Both the position numbers and the translations under genes were made by a program. Below are positions 19,586 to 29,584 of a stretch of DNA of 64,000 nucleotides, in pieces. The notes beneath the pieces were generated by a model. The model saw only the letters and a program-made list of their open reading frames with translations. It was not told the origin of the DNA and did not search any database. The stretch comes from Candidatus Poribacteria bacterium (GTDB lineage Bacteria; Poribacteria; WGA-4E; PCPOR2b). The stretch spans positions 5,664,001-5,728,000 of the forward strand of contig OZ244042.1 of assembly GCA_965215015.1 (NCBI GenBank), in the 5' to 3' direction. The stretch's first letter is position 1. Every line of letters begins with the position of its first letter.

Positions 19586-20395
19586 TCAAAAGATTTGCAT
19601 AATTGGTTGTCCTTCCCATTCCTCTGACATCGGTAAATCCAGAACGTGAGCAAGTGTCGGTGCGGTGTCAAAAATACGCACTGGCCCTTTGATTTCGCCG
19701 GCCCGCCTAATCTTCGCGCCGGCTGCAATCCATGGAATCGTCAAATCCTCCGGTAAATCTGTTCCGTGACTCTTTCCGTGTCCGCCATGATCGCTCTGGA
19801 CAAGGATAAAGTAGTGCTCTAAGAGGTTTGCCTTTTCGAGTTGTTCCAATAGGAGGCCGATCGCCCGGTCTGCGATATCAATCTGTTCAATATACTCCGC
19901 AGACATCCATCCGTACCGATGGCCTACAATGTCTACCACGCCTAGGTAGACGAAACAGAAATCCGGCTGCTCAGCAGTCAGGTATTCCGCTGCGATTTGT
20001 GCTATCGTTAGGTCACCCTCCGGGGCGTCAAGGTTCTCCCTGAAATAGGAGAAATCGAGCGAACCCGGTGCTGCCAAATCCCGAAGCTGCTCCCAATTAT
20101 AGATAAACGCTGTCTTCTTTTTCATCGCGTGAGCAGATTCAGCGATGCTCGGCACCGGACGTACCATCGGGACCCACGTGTTGGTTGTGATACCGTGCCG
20201 TGATGGTGTTACGCCGCGAAACATCGAGGTGTGGCACGGTAGCGTAGAGGATGGAACAACGCTCTGTGCATTGAAAGTGTAAGCCCCGCGTGCAATCAGG
20301 GTATCGATGTTTGGCGTGTTCGCCTGCTGGATACCGTCAGGACGGCACCCATCGATGACAATGAGAATTGTGCCACAGCTTGAAGAGTTCTGCAT
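19586..20395 (-). CDS. Alkaline phosphatase superfamily / type I phosphodiesterase
   Basis: VIDGCRPD, STLPCHTSM, DIVGH, SDHGG. Confidence 0.88.
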   Translation of the reverse strand: MQNSSSCGTILIVIDGCRPDGIQQANTPNIDTLIARGAYTFNAQSVVPSSTLPCHTSMFRGVTPSRHGITTNTWVPMVRPVPSIAESAHAMKKKTAFIYNWEQLRDLAAPGSLDFSYFRENLDAPEGDLTIAQIAAEYLTAEQPDFCFVYLGVVDIVGHRYGWMSAEYIEQIDIADRAIGLLLEQLEKANLLEHYFILVQSDHGGHGKSHGTDLPEDLTIPWIAAGAKIRRAGEIKGPVRIFDTAPTLAHVLDLPMSEEWEGQPIMQIF

Positions 20396-20541
20396 AAAAT
20401 TGCCTCTCAATCAGATAAAATAGGTTTAACCCGTACATGGCGGAATATAGATGAATCTTGATCAACACCGTCTATGATACCGTATCATGACACCGTGCAC
20501 AAGTGGGAATTCCTATCACTGACTCAATAGAATCAAAGCAC

Positions 20542-20570
20542 TTGACACTACGTAGATTTCCGAGTATAGT
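20542..20570 (+). promoter_or_regulatory. Sigma70-type promoter
   Basis: TTGACA-17-TATAGT upstream of 20654. Confidence 0.7.
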
Positions 20571-20653
20571 TAGAACGCATTAACCTTTTGGGTAAGTGGC
20601 TATAGATCCCGATCCAATCGGGGCGAACCCGTAACAAAAATTGGGGGAGAAAA

Positions 20654-21658
20654 ATGGCAAAAATACGAATGGCGCAGTATGGAACCAAACATGGACACGC
20701 CTCCGGCAAATTGCAGGCGATGCAGGTCAATGATGACGTTGAAATCGCAGGGATTTTTGAACCCGACACGCAACAACGCGCCGCACTGGAGGGGTCAGAC
20801 GGTGCTTTTGCAGGTGTTCACTGGTTCGACGACAAAAGCGAGATGTTGGAGGATGAGAGCATTGCGGCGATTGCTTCTGAGGGACTCAATGCGGAAAGTC
20901 TTGATCAGACAGAGGAGATTGTCGCCGCTGGCAAACACGTCTGGTACGACAAACCCGCCGGCGATAACTGGACGCAGTGGCAACGCGTCGTTGCGGATGC
21001 GGAGGAAAAGGGGCTGCTCATTCAGATGGGCTATATGCTGCGCTATCATTCCGCTTTCAAGCAGGTTGCCAATTGGGCAAAGTCGGGTTTTTTAGGCGAT
21101 GTATTCGCCGTGCGCGCCCACATGTCCACGCATATAACTGAAGATGCTCGCATTCGGATCAGTGACACGCATCACGGCGGCATCTTTTTTGATTTGGGCG
21201 GTCACATGCTTGACCAAATCGTCTGGATTTTGGGACGTCCGGTGAAAGTAACTTCATTTTTACGGAACGACACAGGTTCCGTATCGGCGTTTCAAGATAA
21301 TACCTTGGGAGTCTTCGAGTTTGAAAACGCCCTTGCCTTTATCGATATCGCCGCGATGGAGACCCAACCAACGGCGCGCCGCTTTGAAGTATATGGCAGT
21401 CGGGGGAGTGCCATCATCGTCGAACCCTTTGAACCCGGTCTGCAAATCCGTCTCTGTCTGACAGAAGCGAAAGAGGGTTACCAAGCAGGCGAGCAGTTTG
21501 TGAAGATAGACGGTGAAGGTCGTGGTAGAACCTATGAACTGGAATTGGAAGCCTTTATAGCAACCATCGAGGGGAAGCAGCCACCGAATCGACCGATGTC
21601 CCATGAGCTGCTTGTCCAGGAAACCCTACTGCGCGCAACAGGGGAGATTTCGAGCTAA
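20654..21658 (+). CDS. Gfo/Idh/MocA oxidoreductase
   Basis: GKHVWYDKP, GYMLRY, GGIFFDLGGHMLD. Confidence 0.9.
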   Translation: MAKIRMAQYGTKHGHASGKLQAMQVNDDVEIAGIFEPDTQQRAALEGSDGAFAGVHWFDDKSEMLEDESIAAIASEGLNAESLDQTEEIVAAGKHVWYDKPAGDNWTQWQRVVADAEEKGLLIQMGYMLRYHSAFKQVANWAKSGFLGDVFAVRAHMSTHITEDARIRISDTHHGGIFFDLGGHMLDQIVWILGRPVKVTSFLRNDTGSVSAFQDNTLGVFEFENALAFIDIAAMETQPTARRFEVYGSRGSAIIVEPFEPGLQIRLCLTEAKEGYQAGEQFVKIDGEGRGRTYELELEAFIATIEGKQPPNRPMSHELLVQETLLRATGEISS

Positions 21659-21696
21659 ATTGAAAGCCACTTCTCTGTCCAACGAGAGAGGATGTT

Positions 21697-23511
21697 ATGG
21701 GTGACAACACGACAAACTTAACTATCCGCGCCCTCACCGACGCCGATGTTCCGAAGATTTCTACCTTCTTCAAGGGACTTTCCGAGGCAAGTCGCTCTTT
21801 TTATCATCCATACTCCTTTGATCAAGAGGCGAACGCGAATATTGCGGGAGAACTCCACAACCCAACCTGTGTCCATATCGGTGCATTTAGCGGCGAAAAC
21901 CTAGTCGGGCATGTCTGGTATGCTGGTGGAGGCGGAGGCCGTTATCCGAGTTTGGGTATTGGAATCGTTGATGCCTTCCACAATAGAGGCATAGGTCAAA
22001 GACTGATGCAACGGATCGAAGGGGTTGCCCGTGAACGTGGGGAGCAGGGACTTGCCTTGACCTGCTATCGGGAGAATTATCGGGCAATCCGCGTTTATAC
22101 CAAGCAGGGCTATCGTCTCGTTGGACGGACCGGCGACGATGTCCAGTTTCGGATGGTTCACAATTTCGCTGACGATGACACACCCTACACAATACGGGGC
22201 GTGTACGCTTCAAGCATTCCGTGGAACCTCGCGCCGTTGACGACGGATACCTGGAGCCTCGACGATTGGAAATGGTACATTGAACTGCTCAATGCAGCGG
22301 GTTGCAATTTGTTGAAGCTCTATATTTGGCCCACGCAGTATTACCACCCGGAGATGCCGGAGTTAGCTGCCAATGCATGGCGTTATCAGGTCTGGCACGA
22401 TGCACTAGCGTATGCCCGCGTGATGGGGATGGAAACCCATGTCGGCTTTTCAACCGGAACTGTGCCGCCTTCGACATGGCTGCGCTGCCCTGAATTGCGA
22501 GCGGAAGATGTTAATTATACTGGCATTACCCTCTGCTGGCAACGTGGGAAAGAACGCATCCTACCTTATCAGGAATATCTGATCGACACCTTCGCGGACG
22601 TGACGGACAGTTATGTTTTTTGGTTCGCGGATCCGGGAGCCTGTATCTGTTCAGAGTGCAGGGACTACTTGCGGGTTATGTTAGATGCCCTACACACGCT
22701 GTCCAAGGTTATTGACGGCAGAGCAGCGGTTACGGCTTGCCCATGGTGGATCGAACGCATTGAAGCCGGGCAAAACGGCTTTGCGCCGCACCCCAACCTG
22801 CGCCGTCGAATCGCGGCAGAACTCCCTAAAGGGAGCGCGGTGATCATCAGAAGTGTTGAATATGAGACGATTGACATTATGCGAGAGGGCGGGTTAGTCC
22901 CTTTGCCGCTTGCATTTTTCCTTGACCCGGAAGGCGGATTTGAATCCAATAACATCTTGCCTGAACCCAAATTGCGGCAAATTGATGCGTGGCTTGAAAG
23001 GGGGCTTGAGGAGAAGCACACCGCCTCGCTCGCCTATCGATTGACACCTTATACCCAGTATCCGGGGGATTACTATTTTTTTCGCAGGCAATTGAATCCC
23101 ATGCAGTCGAGAGAATCTGTCCTGACGGGGCTTGGCGAGTATATTTGCAATCCGCACCGGCAAGAAGAATTCCGAGATGATGGGATCCACTTTGCATCAA
23201 CGATGGAGTCGCTTGACCGGTGGTGGGGAGATCGGGGGGAACAAGATTTGGATGACGCAGTGGCAGGCCTCAACACCCTTGCGGAAACACACGACTCCGT
23301 CAGAGACCTTGCCAATGCGACGGCCCTGCTGCGCCAACTGTCGTATGGAGTGGGCAATCAATCGCTTGAAGGGTTCACCGAAGATTTGCGCCTTCAGATG
23401 AGTCCCCTGCCAATTTTTCGGGGGTTGACGCTCGATTATCTCTGGTCTGGACGGGCGCAGGCATTTCTGCAACTCCGTGTCCAAAATTGGTTGAGACGGC
23501 TAGGGCATTAA
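21697..23511 (+). CDS. GNAT acetyltransferase fused to a glycoside-hydrolase-like TIM-barrel domain
   Basis: N-terminal FHNRGIGQRLM...NYRAIRVYTKQGY; then IRG...WSLDDWKWYIELL...GCNLL and ADPG motifs. Confidence 0.7.
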   Translation: MGDNTTNLTIRALTDADVPKISTFFKGLSEASRSFYHPYSFDQEANANIAGELHNPTCVHIGAFSGENLVGHVWYAGGGGGRYPSLGIGIVDAFHNRGIGQRLMQRIEGVARERGEQGLALTCYRENYRAIRVYTKQGYRLVGRTGDDVQFRMVHNFADDDTPYTIRGVYASSIPWNLAPLTTDTWSLDDWKWYIELLNAAGCNLLKLYIWPTQYYHPEMPELAANAWRYQVWHDALAYARVMGMETHVGFSTGTVPPSTWLRCPELRAEDVNYTGITLCWQRGKERILPYQEYLIDTFADVTDSYVFWFADPGACICSECRDYLRVMLDALHTLSKVIDGRAAVTACPWWIERIEAGQNGFAPHPNLRRRIAAELPKGSAVIIRSVEYETIDIMREGGLVPLPLAFFLDPEGGFESNNILPEPKLRQIDAWLERGLEEKHTASLAYRLTPYTQYPGDYYFFRRQLNPMQSRESVLTGLGEYICNPHRQEEFRDDGIHFASTMESLDRWWGDRGEQDLDDAVAGLNTLAETHDSVRDLANATALLRQLSYGVGNQSLEGFTEDLRLQMSPLPIFRGLTLDYLWSGRAQAFLQLRVQNWLRRLGH

Positions 23512-23566
23512 AAATCTATTGGAGGAGGACGAGCAGCTGGCTCGTTTAACTGACAAAGAGGGAGAT

Positions 23567-24547
23567 ATGGCATTACTACGATGGGGAATACTTGGTTGTG
23601 GGGATGTAGCGGAATATAAAGGCGGCCCGCCGCTCTATACAGTTGAAGATTCTGAACTAGTTGCGGTAATGCGCCGTGATAAAGAAAAGGCGGAAGATTT
23701 TGCAGCGAGACATGGCGCAAAACGCGCTTATTACACGGTTGAAGGGCTGCTAGCAGATGATGAGATCAACGCAGTCTATATCGCAACGCCGCCGTATCTG
23801 CATTGCAAGCAGACGATTCTCGCCGCGAGAGCAGGGAAGCATGTCCTCTGTGAGAAGCCGATGGGGCTGAACGTCGCCGAGTGCCAGCAAATGGTCGATG
23901 CCTGCCGTGAGAACAACGTTACGCTCACAATCGCTTACTACAGGCCGTTTTTCCCGAATATTATAAAAATGAAGGAATTGATGCAGGCGGGCGCAATTGG
24001 GAAGGTTGTGCTAGCGCGCGTCAATCACACCGCCTCTTACGACCCAACCAATCACGAATGGGGGGCGTGGCGCACCGACCCCAATATTAGTGGCGGGGGT
24101 GTCTTGATGGATCTAGGGAGTCACCGGATTGATCTGCTGATGTACCTGTTGGGGGAGGTGACATCTGCGTGTGGGTACGCAGAAAACGTTTACCTGCCCT
24201 ATCCAGTAGACGATTCTGCTGTTTTCACCTTACGCTTTGAAAACGGGACGCATGCCATCGCAAATATCAACTGGAACGTTGGTGTTCCTATTGACGAAGT
24301 TGAAGTCTACGGTACAGAAGGGAATTTATGCTGTAATCCACTCAACAGCGGTAACCTAACGCTTCACACGAAGAACAAAAGCGAGTCATTCGATCAACCA
24401 TCCCCCCCGTACATGCACACCGGATTAGTTGAAGCCTTCGTCGATCAGATGCGTACCGGTGTGCCGATTCGATGTACGGGGGAGGTGGGGTTAAAGACAA
24501 ATGCGATTATTGCTGACATCTACGGGAACAGTGCGAAACGTGACTAG
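23567..24547 (+). CDS. Gfo/Idh/MocA oxidoreductase
   Basis: WGILGCG, YIATPP, HVLCEKP, GGGVLMDLGSH. Confidence 0.92.
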   Translation: MALLRWGILGCGDVAEYKGGPPLYTVEDSELVAVMRRDKEKAEDFAARHGAKRAYYTVEGLLADDEINAVYIATPPYLHCKQTILAARAGKHVLCEKPMGLNVAECQQMVDACRENNVTLTIAYYRPFFPNIIKMKELMQAGAIGKVVLARVNHTASYDPTNHEWGAWRTDPNISGGGVLMDLGSHRIDLLMYLLGEVTSACGYAENVYLPYPVDDSAVFTLRFENGTHAIANINWNVGVPIDEVEVYGTEGNLCCNPLNSGNLTLHTKNKSESFDQPSPPYMHTGLVEAFVDQMRTGVPIRCTGEVGLKTNAIIADIYGNSAKRD

Positions 24548-24553
24548 ACCGCA

Positions 24554-25543
24554 TCACTCTGGAGCGCTCCACATATAAATAAGTTCCCCACTTTGGTTCT
24601 CTTCTATGGAAATCCAAGGGAAATTGCACTGCTCCATCTTTTCAATTAAACGATTCATCACGCGGCTCGGATTGGAGATTTGGCACACATCTCTCAGCTG
24701 CGATTCGGTGACCATCTGCTGGTCGATTATGTATTCAATCGCACACTGCTCGTCTAAATTGAGGGGTATTTCTTTTCTTTGGTTGTTTTCTGTCACCGGT
24801 AGATCTGAAGCAGGTTCCGCTACCTCCTCAACTGCTGTGTGTTCCATCGCAACTTGCTCTGAATCCATCTCTACCTGCTGCCCCAAACTTTGGCAAGCTG
24901 GAACCACCACTTCCGCAATCCTTTCTTTAATCCTATCCAAATCCCCTTGGAGCTCCTGAATCTCCTCGTGCAATTGAGTGATGAGTTCGAGTGGACTCGT
25001 GTTGTTGTTGATCGGCGAGTCTAATTGTTCATTGCTAGGGAGGTCCCCGGATTCCCCAAAATCCGATCCTATCTCATCCATAAAAGGAGGATAGAGGTTA
25101 TCTATGCTCGGTGCAGCAGAAGGCAGCACGGCATTCTCAGGCTCATCTGTACTTGAACTATTATGATGCGATCCGGGAGATGGAGTGTTAATAAGCTCGA
25201 TGTTGTACTTATAAGGACTGACACCCCCTCTGCTATCGAGGTATGAAACCTTGACATGGCAACAATCCCCGACTTCCAATTGATCCATTTTACCTTGAAT
25301 TTGTCTGAGGGTCAGGGCGTGATAGTCTCGAAGCATTTCCGGCATACCTTTGACTAGCTGCCGAAAATAGCCTATTGGATCGCAGTCGGACTGAAAATAT
25401 GGGGACCGGGTAAGCGGTTGTGTCAACTTTGAAAACCGTACAATTTTGGACGGCACCGGATCGTCTAATGCTTCTAGTTCAATTCCCCACTGGAGCGGTG
25501 CCTCTTTTATACAGGTTACGACGTAAGTATGATGTTTGGGCAT
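24554..25543 (-). CDS. Hypothetical protein (acidic linker, coiled coil, possible C-terminal winged HTH)
   Basis: 329-aa ORF with RBS aggag; no family recognised. Confidence 0.72.
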   Translation of the reverse strand: MPKHHTYVVTCIKEAPLQWGIELEALDDPVPSKIVRFSKLTQPLTRSPYFQSDCDPIGYFRQLVKGMPEMLRDYHALTLRQIQGKMDQLEVGDCCHVKVSYLDSRGGVSPYKYNIELINTPSPGSHHNSSSTDEPENAVLPSAAPSIDNLYPPFMDEIGSDFGESGDLPSNEQLDSPINNNTSPLELITQLHEEIQELQGDLDRIKERIAEVVVPACQSLGQQVEMDSEQVAMEHTAVEEVAEPASDLPVTENNQRKEIPLNLDEQCAIEYIIDQQMVTESQLRDVCQISNPSRVMNRLIEKMEQCNFPWISIEENQSGELIYMWSAPE

Positions 25544-25802
25544 CTAAAAGCTCTCCTTAGTAAAATACATCAGTACGATAAGATAGATGCATATTCATGT
25601 TTAGTGAGATCATCATACGAAACGTGAGCTGCCTCATAAAAGTTACAAAAAATTGAATTTTCCACAAGATATAGTGCTTTTTTAGTAATGACCAACTATA
25701 TGTGGCATACAAAACCTGTGTTAAGTAAATATTTATAACGCAAATTGCCGCCTAAAGTTGGGTGTAATCGGTCTATAGTGGTGTAGGTGGGGACTTACCA
25801 AC

Positions 25803-26687
25803 TCATGGGTACATTTCTGGCACAAAGGTTTGATCTGTGATGGGGGGCCGGACATATCCGGTATCTTTTTGGAGTGGTGGTAATTCTATTGTGGTATAGG
25901 GCAGGGCTTCGTAAGGAATCTGGGTCAACAGGTGATGAATGCAATTCAGGCGCGCACGTTTTTTATCGTGGGCATCAATCACATACCAGGGTGCTTGTTT
26001 AATATCCGTATACTTAAACATCTCATCTTTCGCGCGGGAGTAATCCTCCCATCTCCTGCGAGATTCCAAATCAATCTTGCTGAGTTTCCAACGTTTGGTC
26101 GGATTTTCAATCCGCTTCTGGAAGCGACTCGCCTGCTCTTCGGCATCTACGGACAACCAATATTTGATTAGAATAATCCCGGAACGTACTAGCATTCGCT
26201 CAAATTCCGGGCAGGAACGCAAAAACTCATAGTATTCTTCCTCAGTGCAAAAGCGCATTATCCGCTCGACCCCAGCCCGATTGTACCAGCTCCGGTCAAA
26301 AATCACCATCTCACCGGCGGCGGGCAGATGGGGGACATATCGTTGAAAATACCATTGGGTTGTCTCACGTTCGGTTGGGGTGCCTAGCGCAACGACTCGA
26401 CAGATACGAGGATTCAGTGGTTCCGTAATTCGCTGGATGGTTCCCCCTTTACCTGCGGTGTCCCGCCCTTCAAAAACCACGACGACCTTCAAGCCCTTGC
26501 TCTGGATATGTTCTTGAAATTTGATTAACTCTAGCTGAAGTCGGGCAAGCTCTTTTTTATAGAACTTTCCCTTCAATTTCTTTCGTTCTTCTACAGGATT
26601 ATCCGTCGGTTGACTATTGATGACACCGTTCTCAGTTTGTCGGTCTTTCTGCTTTTTGCTACCTTTATCTTTGTGCTTTTTTGACAC
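25803..26687 (-). CDS. ppk2: Polyphosphate kinase 2
   Basis: FEGRDTAGKGG, WYFQRY, FDRSWYNRAGVE, KRWKLS. Confidence 0.95.
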   Translation of the reverse strand: MSKKHKDKGSKKQKDRQTENGVINSQPTDNPVEERKKLKGKFYKKELARLQLELIKFQEHIQSKGLKVVVVFEGRDTAGKGGTIQRITEPLNPRICRVVALGTPTERETTQWYFQRYVPHLPAAGEMVIFDRSWYNRAGVERIMRFCTEEEYYEFLRSCPEFERMLVRSGIILIKYWLSVDAEEQASRFQKRIENPTKRWKLSKIDLESRRRWEDYSRAKDEMFKYTDIKQAPWYVIDAHDKKRARLNCIHHLLTQIPYEALPYTTIELPPLQKDTGYVRPPITDQTFVPEMYP

Positions 26688-26768
26688 AATTGCCTCCTCA
26701 TCTATGCCGGTTTGTAGATTTTCGCCGCCTCTTCTCTAGCAATCTCACTTTGCTTGATAATCTATTGA

Positions 26769-26797
26769 ATTATACTGACTACGGGATCTCATGTCAA
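26769..26797 (-). promoter_or_regulatory. Consensus sigma70 promoter of ppk2
   Basis: Minus strand TTGACA-17-TATAAT. Confidence 0.8.
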
Positions 26798-26821
26798 CAG
26801 GAATTCTAACTCATAAAATTT

Positions 26822-27402
26822 TCTCACTTACCCCCATTTTTTTGAGAGGTATAGATGTGAGCAAGGGTTGTCAGATATGGTAAAATACCTCCCTGTCTAA
26901 AAGTCTAAAATATCGATTGTTTTAAACAAGGAGGTATTATGAAAGGCACCCACCGCCATAAGCCGGTGAATCCCAGCTCTATGATAACCACTCTCACCGA
27001 GATTTTCAACCCCGTATTGAAAAGACCGGCGTTGAAAAACCGGATACTCACGACCTTAGCCATTGTGTTGGCCAAGACGTTTCGGATAAACGAAATTGCT
27101 TCACGCTTGCCAGTAGCAGTCAAACATCAAAAGACGAAACAGAAACGCCTGCTGCGATTCTTAGCTCGTCCCTTTCCCATTGACGCGGTGATGGGGGGGG
27201 TGGCGGGTCTTTGTGCTCAGCCGGGTCTGTGAACCTGACACGGCCCGTCGGTTGATTTTAGTGGATGAAACCCAGGTGTTTGGCCATTTCAAAGCGATTG
27301 TTGCCGCGGTGCCGTTCCGACGCCTAATGACAATTATTCTCACTATCCTAACTCATAAAAACACCTCAAATCTATACCCTAAAAAAAATGGAGGGAAATG
27401 AG
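26822..27402 (+). mobile_element. Internally deleted IS4-like element with transposase fragments
   Basis: ~38-bp imperfect TIRs; ataaaattt duplicated at 26813-26821 and 27403-27411; fragments INEIASRL...KRLLRFL and LILVDET. Confidence 0.8.
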
Positions 27403-27415
27403 ATAAAATTTGCTA

Positions 27416-27444
27416 TTGACAGATCGCGATAATTTAGTGATAAT
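27416..27444 (+). promoter_or_regulatory. Sigma70-type promoter
   Basis: TTGACA-17-GATAAT. Confidence 0.65.
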
Positions 27445-27498
27445 TATGGTGAGACTTTGCTTAAAGACAGCCCCATTTCTATAATTAAGGAGAGAAAA

Positions 27499-27831
27499 AT
27501 GAAGCACTTCGGTTTAGCAATCAACCTGAAGGATGATCCAGAGATTATCGAAAAATACAAAGTATATCACAGCAACGTTTGGCCCGAAGTCCTAGAGAGC
27601 CTGCACACGATTGGTATCAGGAAAATGAATATCTATCTGCTCGGTCGCCGGATGTTTATGGCAATGGAGACAGTCGATGAGTTCGACGTTGAAAAGGATT
27701 TCCCACGCTATCTGGAACAACATCCGCGCTGCCGTGAGTGGGATGAACTGATGCGGACCTATCAAGAACCAGTCCCTGAAAGAAAGCCAGAGGAATGGTG
27801 GGCGTTGATGGAGTGCGTTTTTGAGTTCTGA
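27499..27831 (+). CDS. L-rhamnose mutarotase family protein
   Basis: YKVYHSNVWPEV...GIRKMNIY...WDELM...MECVF. Confidence 0.9.
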   Translation: MKHFGLAINLKDDPEIIEKYKVYHSNVWPEVLESLHTIGIRKMNIYLLGRRMFMAMETVDEFDVEKDFPRYLEQHPRCREWDELMRTYQEPVPERKPEEWWALMECVFEF

Positions 27832-27857
27832 CCATAAAAGAAAAACGCGAAATAGCA

Positions 27858-28631
27858 ATGAAAAAAACAATCGATCTTATTCAATCAATGAAACAAAATG
27901 GACAAAAAATTGCGATGCTGACAGCGTATGATTACCCAACAGCGCGTATCCTTAATGATGCCGATATTGACATCATTCTTGTCGGTGATTCGCTCGGCAT
28001 GGTAGTTTTGGGCTACGAAGATACGCGGTCAGTTACGATGGTGGATATGCTCCATCACACCCGAATCGTGGCACGCGCCAATACAACATGTTTACTTGTC
28101 GCGGATCTTCCCCATCAGGCTTATGAAACGCCGGGGCAGGCGGTCAAAAACGCACGCGCCCTTTGTGAGGCCGGTGCCGATACGGTCAAACTTGAGGGTA
28201 ACAAACCGGAGGTTGTAAAAGCCATTGTCAGTGAGGGCATTCCGGTGATGGGGCATGTTGGGCTATTACCACAGACGAGTGAAAAATTTCGGGTGCATGG
28301 ACGCAAGCGATCCGAAGCTGTGCTGATTGCTGATGATGCAAAGGCCCTTGAAGCTACCGGATGCTTTGCAATCGTCCTTGAGTCTATCCCGGAGAAACTG
28401 GGTAGAAAAATCACGCAATCGTTGCAGATCCCGACAATCGGTATCGGAGCGGGAGCTGACTGTGATGGGCAGGTGCTGGTTCTCCATGATATACTTGGGC
28501 TCTTTGACCGCTCGCCGACATTCGTCAAGCAGTATGCAAACATGCGGAAAGAAATCCACCGGGCTGTAACGCACTATAAGCTAGAGGTTCAGCAAGGACT
28601 CTTCCCCGATAGAGGGCATTCATACCATTGA
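27858..28631 (+). CDS. panB: 3-methyl-2-oxobutanoate hydroxymethyltransferase
   Basis: MLTAYD, LVGDSLGM, VKLEG, GHVGLLPQ, TIGIGAG. Confidence 0.96.
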   Translation: MKKTIDLIQSMKQNGQKIAMLTAYDYPTARILNDADIDIILVGDSLGMVVLGYEDTRSVTMVDMLHHTRIVARANTTCLLVADLPHQAYETPGQAVKNARALCEAGADTVKLEGNKPEVVKAIVSEGIPVMGHVGLLPQTSEKFRVHGRKRSEAVLIADDAKALEATGCFAIVLESIPEKLGRKITQSLQIPTIGIGAGADCDGQVLVLHDILGLFDRSPTFVKQYANMRKEIHRAVTHYKLEVQQGLFPDRGHSYH

Positions 28632-28677
28632 AAGCATAAATGTAAAATCACCGCGTTTTGTAGGTAAGGAGAAGATA

Positions 28678-29550
28678 ATGTTCAAAATAGGTGTTATTGG
28701 CGATGAGATTTCACAAGATTTTCAAACGGTTGTCAACGTCGCAAAGGAGTTGGACCTTGACTCAATCGAGATCCGATCTGTGTGGGATAAACTGCCGCAG
28801 GAATTAACGGAGAGCGATATCGATGAGATAAAACAAATCCTTGATGGCACGGGGGTCCAAATCATTGGAATCGCCTCGCCGTTCTTCAAATGTGACATTG
28901 ACAATGCAGAGGAACGACAGGAACATCTTGGAATCCTTAAGCGGTGCATCGAGGTAGCGAAAGCGTTTGATATCAACCTTATCCGCACTTTCGTGTTTTG
29001 GAAAACAGACAACGTTGAGGAACGGTGGGACGAGATTCTCGCTGCTTATGACGAGCCGGTGCGGATGGCGAATGGAGAGGGAATAATCTTGGGGATGGAA
29101 AACGAAGCCTCGACATCCTTATCAACCGCTAAGCTGACAGAACGATTTATCCGAGAAATTGATTCTCCGAATATCCGCGCCATCTGGGACCCGGCGAACG
29201 AAGCCCATGCGGAGAGCGGTGAATCACCCTATCCCAACGCCTATAACAGACTCAAGCCACTGATGGTGCACGCCCACCTGAAGGATGCCGGTAAAAATCC
29301 TGAAACGGGCGAAATGGAATCGGTCCCGGTCGGTGAAGGTGTAATCGATTGGCAAGGACAGCTTCAAGCTTTCGTTGACGACAACTACGAGGGACACCTC
29401 TGCCTGGAAACGCATTGGCGTCCAACCTTAAAGATTAAGGACGAACTCCTCAACCGCCCAGGGGGGACTGCATTCTCCGAAGCAGGGGAGGAAGCATCTC
29501 GGATTTGTTTCCAAAATCTGTTTGGGATGATTGAGAAGCTGCACAAGTAA
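28678..29550 (+). CDS. Sugar-phosphate isomerase/epimerase (TIM barrel)
   Basis: GMENE, WDPAN, HAHLKD, VGEGVIDW, CLETH. Confidence 0.9.
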   Translation: MFKIGVIGDEISQDFQTVVNVAKELDLDSIEIRSVWDKLPQELTESDIDEIKQILDGTGVQIIGIASPFFKCDIDNAEERQEHLGILKRCIEVAKAFDINLIRTFVFWKTDNVEERWDEILAAYDEPVRMANGEGIILGMENEASTSLSTAKLTERFIREIDSPNIRAIWDPANEAHAESGESPYPNAYNRLKPLMVHAHLKDAGKNPETGEMESVPVGEGVIDWQGQLQAFVDDNYEGHLCLETHWRPTLKIKDELLNRPGGTAFSEAGEEASRICFQNLFGMIEKLHK

Positions 29551-29584
29551 AATGTGGTGCGTGAAACGTAAAAGGCAAATAATA

